A stretch of 64,000 bases of DNA, from assembly GCA_964437465.1 (NCBI GenBank), contig CAYTGI010000003.1, positions 5,731-69,730 on the forward strand, written 5' to 3'. Source of the stretch: an uncultured Candidatus Saccharibacteria bacterium (GTDB lineage Bacteria > Patescibacteriota > Dojkabacteria > J137). Positions 57,401 to 64,000 of the stretch are shown in pieces. The notes below the pieces were generated by a model. The model searched no databases, was not told the origin of the DNA, and worked only from the letters and a program-made list of their open reading frames with translations. The number at the start of each line of letters is the position of its first letter. Positions within the stretch are counted from its first letter, which is position 1. Both the position numbers and the translations under genes were made by a program.

Positions 57401-60400
57401 CAGCTTGAAAATCACCAACATTCTCAATAAACAGTGAATAAACGGTAGTTGAACCAGGAGTTACAGAATTAACTCCATTAGATTTTGTTATCTCTAAATC
57501 TGGAGCAGTAATAGTTAAGTCATCTTGTGCATCAATATCGTTCGTAGTTCTCTCATTAGGATTTGAACCATCAATGCTTGAATACTGGTTGATAGTAGCA
57601 GTATTAGTAATGACATCACCTCTTGATTGTCCAGTATCAATAGTTACGTCAAAAGTTATTGTACTTGTATCTCCAACTGCTAAAGTTGCCCATGAAGCTG
57701 TGATTGTTCCTCCAGACTCACTTAATGTGTCTGGTGCTACTCCAGAGTCGTGTGTTAAGTTTCCATCAAAGGTTAAACCTGATGGTAGTGGATCTTCTAA
57801 ATCTATTTCAAATGCATCACTTGTACCAGTATTTTCTATAGTTATCGTAACCTCAATTGAGTCGTTTACTGGTGCTTGATCAGGATTAAAGTTTTTTGTG
57901 ATAGTAATTTCAGGTTCAACTACTGTTGTTGTTACATCATTTGAAATACTTGGAGTTCCGCTATTAACAGTAATCTCAGCATTATTAACCAAATCTGTTT
58001 GTCCTGGAGGAAGACCATCGTTTCCAACTACATCTAATACATCAGCTTCAAGCTGAATTGTGAAAGTATTATTACTTGGATTTCCATCAACTGGAACTGA
58101 AAATGCTCCGAAAGAGAATGTTACAGGATTTCCACTTGAAGCTCCTCCTGAAATTGTTGGACTTGGTACAGTACCGTTAAATCCTGTTGAATCAACTGTT
58201 CCAGATCCAGAAACATACTGCATACCGTTTGGGATATTATCTACTACTTCAAGTGATGTTATAGAACCCTCAGGAACTATTACTTCAATCTCATAGGTAA
58301 CTGTTTCTCCTATTGTTACCTCACTTCCAGCAGTATAAGTCTCAGAAGTTGTTACAAGAGATTTTGTAGTAGTAGAAGACTCAAGTGTAACTGGTGCAGA
58401 GTCAGAATCATTATAGTCATTTATAAGAAATCCAGAACCATCTCTTTCTCCATCACCATCTCCTGAATTACCTGGGATATTTGATCCTGTAGGATTACTG
58501 GTTGTTCCTGTTCCAGGAAGACTAGTATAGGTTAGATCTGCTGTATTAGGAATTGTTGTTCCGACTAGAACAGCGTTGTCAACAGTTCCACTTAGATCTA
58601 TTGTTAGAGTTTCACCAGGTTCAAGAAAGCTTATTGAGACATCTACTAGGTTACCTGGAATATTAGAATTATCTGTTACAACTCCAGAACCTGAAGCAGA
58701 TGGAGTTACTGAAGATAAAATAACATCAGAGTCTATTGAATCTAATACATTTACATCATAAGCATTCAAAGCATTATTTCCTGTAGAGGTATTAGTCACT
58801 ACAATCTGATACTCAATGGTGTCTCCAGCATCAAGTGGAGTGGTAGTAACTGACTTTGAAATGTCTAGCTCTGGCTCAGCAACTATCACACTGACGTTTG
58901 ATGAGTTAGATCCAACTGTACTTATCCCAACATAACCTTGGAACCTATTGTTAAGGGTAATTCCTGACTGATTCCCTGATTCATTTAAAACTAAAGCATT
59001 AAACTCAACGACAATATATTCATTATCTGCATCTCTATCATCATTTGTAATATCTCCAAATTTAAAGTAAATATCAGTTCCACTAGAGTAAGAGTCTGAA
59101 TTGGAGGTAGAGTTGCTAGAAATTGCATCATCAGGTAGTTCACACTCCGGAGTGAATGAATCTACGTTTGCTTCATTCCCAGTAAAATTAAGGTCTGGGT
59201 TTGCTCCACCAGTACATCCTAAACCTCCCGGGGTTAAAGTTGTTGAGGTTGTTGTAGCTGCATTAGATATAAATGCTACGAATGAAGTTCCGTCATTTAA
59301 AAATTGCATTCCATCAGGGAGTCTATCCCTAAATTTGAAGTCAGGTGTTATCCCTTCAGCGACTCTTGCTTCAAGTCTATATCTTACTATTTCTCCAATA
59401 GCAACTCTTTCAGTTCCCGCAACATTGGTTGAATGTGCTTCAGAGGTGGAAACTATAGATTTATTAGGAAATGGTTCGAATACATTTATTGTAGCGCTAT
59501 CCTCAGTAAAGTAATCGTTAGCGCTTCCTCCTGGATCACCAGTATTTCCAGTTCTCTCTGTAGAGTTAGTATTAAAAGTAGATTGAGCAGTTGTAATATC
59601 TCCTGGTAATGAAGTCCACTCAACCTCTGCATCATTATCTATTGTTTGCCCTGTAAAAACAGTATTATCTAGTGTAACGTCGTAAGTTAATGTACAATCC
59701 TCTCCTAGTGGTAATTCATCAATCGTTGCTATTAAAGTAGGAGCCCCAGTATCATTTAAAACAGGTGGTGTTATTACTCCAGCTGAACATGAAAAGTTAA
59801 ACGTTGCAGCAGTATAAGTAAGATCGGAAGGAATGACATCATCAAAGCTAACATTATAAGCATTTAGATCACTATTACCGGTGTGTGAAATAGTAACTGA
59901 ATATTGAACTGTATCTGACGCATCTGCAGATGTTGGAGAAGCACTTTTACTAACTTGAAGATCAGGTTCTCTAATAGTTACATTCGGTGCATTATCACTA
60001 ACTTGTCCTAAGCTCCAACTTAACTCTGCATCGTTATTTCTATTTTGATTTCTTACATTTGCTGCAGTATTTAGTACAACTACGTCGTAAGTTATAGTTA
60101 TAGTTTCATCCGTTAAGTTATCTGTGTCACTATTTGTTAAGGTTCCAAAATCAAAAGTTATGTCTTCCCCTGAGTTTATTGCCGTTGAGTTACTACATAC
60201 ATCCCCAAATGTACCAATACTTGTTGAAAGTCCTGCTGAAGCTACTATTGATGAACAACTTACGAATGCTAGACCAGTATCTAGAGCATCATTTACAATT
60301 GCTGAAGTGAGTGTTCCTTCAGGTATAGTTAGCTCAACTTCATAAGTTATTATTTCTCCAATAGCAACATTGTTACCTGAAGTATGAGCTTGATTTGTTG

Positions 60401-63400
60401 AGTCAATGGTTTTGTCAACTAAAGGTGTTAAAGTAGTCACTTCTGCAGTATCAAACCTTGGTTCAACCATGTGGTTATCACCATTTTCAACTCCTGCATA
60501 GTTAAAAATATCAGCAGTGTTAGTAATAACCTCTTCTGGTTCTACTGATGTGGTTAACTCAAGATCATATGTAATAACTGCTATATTTCCGCCACTAGTT
60601 GAAGAGAAAGAGTCAAGAGATCCTTGTGTAGGGCTTGGGTTCGTTAGCACAATTCCATCTTCAAATATAGGATTGACATCTGTACCATCAATAGGAGTGT
60701 TCGCCAAAGAGTTTCCAGCTCCATCTGTTATACATAAATTTAACCCAGATCCAGGAATTTGAAATCCAGCTTCAAGTGTGTCTTTGAATTGAACATCAAA
60801 AGCACCGTTTACTCCACTTCCTTCATTTTCTAAAACAATAGCAAAGGTTACAATATCACCTGCATCTAAATCAGAAATATCACTATTTATTTCAGTTGTA
60901 TCTAATGCATTAGAAGAAACTGTACCTGTAAACCTCTGACATCCACCACCTGGAGCTGAAAAACTAACAGGAGAAAAAGGATCAGGATCATAAACTGGGC
61001 TTTCTCCATTTGTTGCTACAACTCCTTTTGTTATTTGTATGTCAGGTTGAGTTAGCTCAAATTGAATTATTGAGTCTGCTACTTCAGAACTTAAGTTAGT
61101 AGAACCTTCATTACTTCTTATCTGATTAGTTAAAAATAAGCCATCAGCAAAAGGATCATCAGCAGCGTTAATAGTAAATAGAAGATCGATCTGACTACTT
61201 TGTGTACTTGGATCATCAAAATCTCCATAATCTATTGTAAGTTGGTTAGCTGAAGTTGTTGTAGATAATGTCGGAACAAGCCCAGGAGAACCTAGGACTC
61301 CTACAGTTATGTCGTAGAGTGTGTCTGTTGGTCCAAATTTAACTACACCAGCTGCTGGAGGGGAGGATGTGTAACCTCCGTCTGTCGGACTAGTACTATC
61401 GAAAGTCCATGCTGGCCCAATTACTTCATCAGCATCTGGATCATCTACTTGGAAAACAGGTAGTGGGAAAAAATCGTCAAATGATACTTCTTCAAAGTCA
61501 GAAGTTGGTAATGTAAATTCTACTCTAAAAGTTATTGAATCTCCAGGAGCTACTTGAACAGGAGGAGTGAAAGATGTATTTCCGTTAATAGCATAAATTG
61601 TTTTTGATATTGATCCTCTCTCAATTCCAACAGAAGCACTACTCTCATCGGCTTCCGTAGAGCCTGTAGGGGAAAATGAACTATTATCTAAGACTGATCC
61701 CTCAATACTCACATCATTTGTTAACGTATCTCCTTGGTCAACACTTGGATCTCCTGAAGGAAAATCATCAGAAAATGATTCTTGAATAATTGTTCGATAT
61801 GTAACCGTCCCTGTTGTAGCCCCGTCATTAAAGCTATCACAATCTGGGGTTACAGTCCCTGTTTGTTCAATACATCCTCCAAGTACATTAGCATCTAAAG
61901 CTCTAGTTACCAACTCGTCAGAGATATTAAAAATAATTGTGGTAGTTCCATCATTAGGAGCGGGATCAGCTGGAGTATAGTTTGACAAAACTTCGTAATT
62001 TGCTAAATCAAAATTGCCACTGCTAGTTGATCCGTGCTCAGTTAAAGATAGAGTAGGTGTAAATGTATCGTCAAATCTTTGTCCATCAGAAATAACGTCT
62101 GTGGAGACTATATCAGTAAAACTGAAAAAATCGGAAATTTGGAAGCTATATGTATATTCCAAAACATCTCCTGGAGAATTCCCAGGTGAATTATTATCTT
62201 GAAAAACGGAAACTGATTTTTGAATTGCAATAGATTTGTCTGTAAGAGTGTGATCATTACTTGTTATGTCTGAAGATACGGGTGTTGGTAAATCTCTTGT
62301 ATCTATTGGGTCCCAGGTTCCTTCAGCTGCTGCATCATTTACAGAAGTTGTATCGTTTCCAGTAGTTTCTGAAATTATTAATGAAGAATTGGCATCTTCA
62401 TAGGGTACAAAGAATGAAAATGTTACAGAAGCATCGTTACTTCCTGTACCTCCAGTAACACTTGTACATGTAATTCTAAGTTCGTTATTTGGTGGATTTT
62501 GAGCTCCTGGTGTAGATGGCTCAGTATTTGTGGAACAAGTACCAGGAGAAACACTATCTACTTGTAAATATTCAATATTATCTGGGAGATAATCAATTAG
62601 ATCAAAATCATCTATAGTTTGTCCATCAGCTATATCAGCCGTTATTGTATACTGTCTTGGGAAATTAGGTCCTGTTGCTGTTTCAGACTCTGGCCCGATG
62701 TATGATTTACTAATTGAAAATAGAGTTGGTGTTAGAGATGAGGTGCTAAAAGTCTCAGTAATACTTGGATCGGATGTTGGATTATCTAGGGGATCTTCTC
62801 CAAATTGAAATCCTCCTCTAGCTTGAACATCTAAAGCAGTTGATAAATCAGCGTTTTCACTCATAGATACATTAACAGTTACATCCGCTGTAGGTTGTAA
62901 ATCAGTAAATGATCCAAAAGGTAGTTGAAGAGTGACTAAGGTATCTCCTGCAGTTCCACATATAGATAAAGGTGTATTTGGAGCAGTAACTGCATAGGGA
63001 TGATCTACGCATCCAGTACCTAACCCATCATCTGGAAATTCTTGGACAATGCTTGTAACAGAAGATCCTAAATATGTGGCACTTACAAAACTAAGTCCAT
63101 CTGCTTCGTCTCCAGGTCCAAAAGGAAAAATACCATCAGCTCCTGTGTTAGGGAAAATTAAATCTATAAATGGACCGTATCCAGTATCTGCACCACTATT
63201 ATTAAAGCTAACATTAAAAGAAAAATCTTCTCCTAATAATGATTCAGAAGGTAAAGAAGCAGAAACACTAGGAACAGCTGCAGCTTCTGTTTGACCTGTA
63301 AAAAAAATACTTAGTGCTGAGAATGCAATCGAGCTTGACGTTATTATAGCTAATGACACTACAGAATATCTAAGTGCCTTCTTTTTTAAATTCCTAGTGT

Positions 63401-63410
63401 TGATTTTCAA
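54411..63410 (-). CDS. Giant (2999 aa) cell-surface protein with multiple DUF11-type repeats and C-terminal LPXTG sorting signal
   Basis: N-terminal signal peptide. At least nine ~150-aa repeats open with P[DE]L.[IV][ST]K and carry GSTCT[FY]S..L. The C-terminus has LLPTGF, a hydrophobic helix and the tail KKDRRQNRKYSKYKRKK. Confidence 0.8.
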   Translation of the reverse strand: MKINTRNLKKKALRYSVVSLAIITSSSIAFSALSIFFTGQTEAAAVPSVSASLPSESLLGEDFSFNVSFNNSGADTGYGPFIDLIFPNTGADGIFPFGPGDEADGLSFVSATYLGSSVTSIVQEFPDDGLGTGCVDHPYAVTAPNTPLSICGTAGDTLVTLQLPFGSFTDLQPTADVTVNVSMSENADLSTALDVQARGGFQFGEDPLDNPTSDPSITETFSTSSLTPTLFSISKSYIGPESETATGPNFPRQYTITADIADGQTIDDFDLIDYLPDNIEYLQVDSVSPGTCSTNTEPSTPGAQNPPNNELRITCTSVTGGTGSNDASVTFSFFVPYEDANSSLIISETTGNDTTSVNDAAAEGTWDPIDTRDLPTPVSSDITSNDHTLTDKSIAIQKSVSVFQDNNSPGNSPGDVLEYTYSFQISDFFSFTDIVSTDVISDGQRFDDTFTPTLSLTEHGSTSSGNFDLANYEVLSNYTPADPAPNDGTTTIIFNISDELVTRALDANVLGGCIEQTGTVTPDCDSFNDGATTGTVTYRTIIQESFSDDFPSGDPSVDQGDTLTNDVSIEGSVLDNSSFSPTGSTEADESSASVGIERGSISKTIYAINGNTSFTPPVQVAPGDSITFRVEFTLPTSDFEEVSFDDFFPLPVFQVDDPDADEVIGPAWTFDSTSPTDGGYTSSPPAAGVVKFGPTDTLYDITVGVLGSPGLVPTLSTTTSANQLTIDYGDFDDPSTQSSQIDLLFTINAADDPFADGLFLTNQIRSNEGSTNLSSEVADSIIQFELTQPDIQITKGVVATNGESPVYDPDPFSPVSFSAPGGGCQRFTGTVSSNALDTTEINSDISDLDAGDIVTFAIVLENEGSGVNGAFDVQFKDTLEAGFQIPGSGLNLCITDGAGNSLANTPIDGTDVNPIFEDGIVLTNPSPTQGSLDSFSSTSGGNIAVITYDLELTTSVEPEEVITNTADIFNYAGVENGDNHMVEPRFDTAEVTTLTPLVDKTIDSTNQAHTSGNNVAIGEIITYEVELTIPEGTLTSAIVNDALDTGLAFVSCSSIVASAGLSTSIGTFGDVCSNSTAINSGEDITFDFGTLTNSDTDNLTDETITITYDVVVLNTAANVRNQNRNNDAELSWSLGQVSDNAPNVTIREPDLQVSKSASPTSADASDTVQYSVTISHTGNSDLNAYNVSFDDVIPSDLTYTAATFNFSCSAGVITPPVLNDTGAPTLIATIDELPLGEDCTLTYDVTLDNTVFTGQTIDNDAEVEWTSLPGDITTAQSTFNTNSTERTGNTGDPGGSANDYFTEDSATINVFEPFPNKSIVSTSEAHSTNVAGTERVAIGEIVRYRLEARVAEGITPDFKFRDRLPDGMQFLNDGTSFVAFISNAATTTSTTLTPGGLGCTGGANPDLNFTGNEANVDSFTPECELPDDAISSNSTSNSDSYSSGTDIYFKFGDITNDDRDADNEYIVVEFNALVLNESGNQSGITLNNRFQGYVGISTVGSNSSNVSVIVAEPELDISKSVTTTPLDAGDTIEYQIVVTNTSTGNNALNAYDVNVLDSIDSDVILSSVTPSASGSGVVTDNSNIPGNLVDVSISFLEPGETLTIDLSGTVDNAVLVGTTIPNTADLTYTSLPGTGTTSNPTGSNIPGNSGDGDGERDGSGFLINDYNDSDSAPVTLESSTTTKSLVTTSETYTAGSEVTIGETVTYEIEVIVPEGSITSLEVVDNIPNGMQYVSGSGTVDSTGFNGTVPSPTISGGASSGNPVTFSFGAFSVPVDGNPSNNTFTIQLEADVLDVVGNDGLPPGQTDLVNNAEITVNSGTPSISNDVTTTVVEPEITITKNFNPDQAPVNDSIEVTITIENTGTSDAFEIDLEDPLPSGLTFDGNLTHDSGVAPDTLSESGGTITASWATLAVGDTSTITFDVTIDTGQSRGDVITNTATINQYSSIDGSNPNERTTNDIDAQDDLTITAPDLEITKSNGVNSVTPGSTTVYSLFIENVGDFQADNVEITDTVPDYGTFNNGSSSPGWTCLPDNSSGSTCTYSVGTLTDGANTTIDFAVDIDSNIPSGIDNFTNTADVSDDGTHGDDPTPGNNTSTDTDPLDAAPDLEITKDDGGATALPGDTVSYTLDYTNSGNQDATGVEITDNVPTGTTFNSATSTSGWACVPDNNEGSTCTFSIGDLDAGDSGSITFAVDLDTTLPSGYDEIDNTASISDDGTNGADPTPANNDDPDTTPVTAAPDLQVSKGDSNVTVPPGDPITYTIDYSNVGSQDATGVVLTDVVPDNTTFNPGSSTPGWSCVPDNNDGSTCTFSIGDLDVGDSGSVDFVVDTDAVFPGGVNDVTNNVTISDDGTNGTDENPGDNSDSEVTPVIAGPDLVVTKNDSGIDVFNGEQIVYNIFYENAGNQTSTNVILTETVPEYTTFDSGSSTPGWICAPDDTAGSTCTYSVGTLNPSDTGSALFVVTVNSSMPESVNQIDNTISISDDWASGPDLTPGNNSDDEDTPVRREIDLSIVKDDGLTIVNAGQTIIYTLSIENKGNTTANNVLIEDFTPEFTSFNSSDSTPGWSCSTTDEEPDQLCVFDYGSLGAGETDEVLFAVDVDNSLPAREDQIYNAASINYDEEYGPDFNPDDNQDTDTDDIDAKPNLGIDKEPQVEEIGYGETLLYTLNYGNGGDMDAEDAVITEYVPQNTTFNSSLSTPGWICDPNGNAGSVCAFPLGYLEVGESGDVVFAVDVRELNDSLIETIDNQVYISYKYSDEEDDDDNEDFTETPVVYSNVFDPPTGKKVFNEVGLPELEWKQVWMNDGNTEALDVILVDTIPEGTSYVDNSFTCEPRGISITTNCMYNEISEELVWEGNIGPDPGGTDEENSENEVVLTFRITIPEDMIMVQNQACGNWDDDQDGDINDEIEFNQQPVCTDDPSTEMPIDPTVWELTAEEGEQSSETDETEETFISELLPTGFNLTNLVLIVVIIGAVASCITFGDKFKKDRRQNRKYSKYKRKK

Positions 63411-63577
63411 TTCTATACAACAAAAACATCTTGTTAAAATAATATATCGAAATTAACAAGCCATAACAACTCATAGTGAGTATATAAAGTTATTTTCATA
63501 TGAAGTAATAGAAAATATAAAGATGGCAATAGTGATAAATAGTAAAATTATCAAAATTAGGGTTTTAATATAGTCCT

Positions 63578-64000
63578 TCAATTCTGCTCTATCGGATTCG
63601 CCCTTACTACCAATCTTTTTTCTGCTGTCCATAATGGTGTACAAGTATATAAAGTTAAAATATGTTCATTTGTTTGTTCTTCTATATAAACTTCATCGGG
63701 ATTTACAATAAATACGTCAGAGACCTTGTATACATATTCCTGATTTTCCCAATAAACTGCAAGATAATCTCCAGTTTTAACTTTATCTAGGTGGTAAAAA
63801 GTATTGTTTCCCGTTGTGAATTGATATCTATGAGCTATTAACACCATGTTTCCTCCGTCAATTGGATTCCCAGAAAATTGCCTATGCCAAATACCTTTAT
63901 TTAAATTATCTATATCACCTCCTAAAATTTTTGAATCTAGAAAAATACTTGGCAGTATCAAACTGTTATCTCTTTTAGTTATTTTGTTGTCATCTTCAAC
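63578..64000 (-). CDS. Sortase (partial; N-terminus beyond window end)
   Basis: Catalytic triad context: LIAHR (His), TLYTCTP (Cys), RLVVRANP (Arg). The ORF runs off the window, so the true start is upstream of 64000. Confidence 0.75.
   Translation of the reverse strand, partial: VEDDNKITKRDNSLILPSIFLDSKILGGDIDNLNKGIWHRQFSGNPIDGGNMVLIAHRYQFTTGNNTFYHLDKVKTGDYLAVYWENQEYVYKVSDVFIVNPDEVYIEEQTNEHILTLYTCTPLWTAEKRLVVRANPIEQN

Noticed and set aside
54481-63294. Numerous 60-137-aa plus-strand ORFs inside the giant gene (e.g. 55180-55416, 56305-56607, 59101-59514)
   Set aside because: They lie antisense to a 9-kb uninterrupted ORF with clear repeat-domain, signal-peptide and LPXTG logic. Their low-complexity S/T/P/V composition is the mirror of the repeat coding strand. 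They are spurious.

Overview
AT-rich (~30% GC), gene-dense bacterial window that reads with the standard code (long ORFs are intact when TGA is a stop). A giant DUF11-repeat LPXTG surface protein next to a sortase, a VirB4-like ATPase, a divergent SecA with no zinc finger and many small hypothetical proteins resemble a small-genome Patescibacteria/CPR-like organism, but that assignment is only an inference. Recognisable housekeeping genes are secA, a DEAD-box helicase, msrB, PBP1A, murG, pth, glyA, folD, an RlmD/TrmA-type RNA methyltransferase, two two-component systems and four tRNAs (Gly-GCC, Arg-TCT, Lys-CTT, His-GTG). The strongest non-obvious signals are: (1) two ~260-bp, ~95%-identical palindrome-rich elements in inverted orientation (10089-10348 and 26519-26775) flanking a 16.2-kb block of core genes; each sits the same way round ~120-140 bp upstream of an operon (the RR/HK pair and the VirB4-like pair), and a third copy of their terminal hairpin lies beside tRNA-His; (2) tRNA loci carrying partial 5' and 3' tRNA duplicates, and a tRNA-Lys embedded in an 11-bp extended inverted repeat; (3) a tightly overlapped minus-strand operon of ThrC-like PLP enzyme, SAM methyltransferase, ATP-grasp ligase, small protein and NlpC/P60-like hydrolase (33071-37039), a candidate uncharacterised small-molecule or peptide-modification system; (4) a membrane-anchored tandem cytochrome b5-like protein; (5) a Fic-family protein with a degenerate active-site motif; (6) an AbiEii-like nucleotidyltransferase with a small upstream partner ORF; (7) a tyrosine recombinase beside a GC-rich structured non-coding island and four orphan ORFs. 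No CRISPR array, rRNA or reverse transcriptase was seen.
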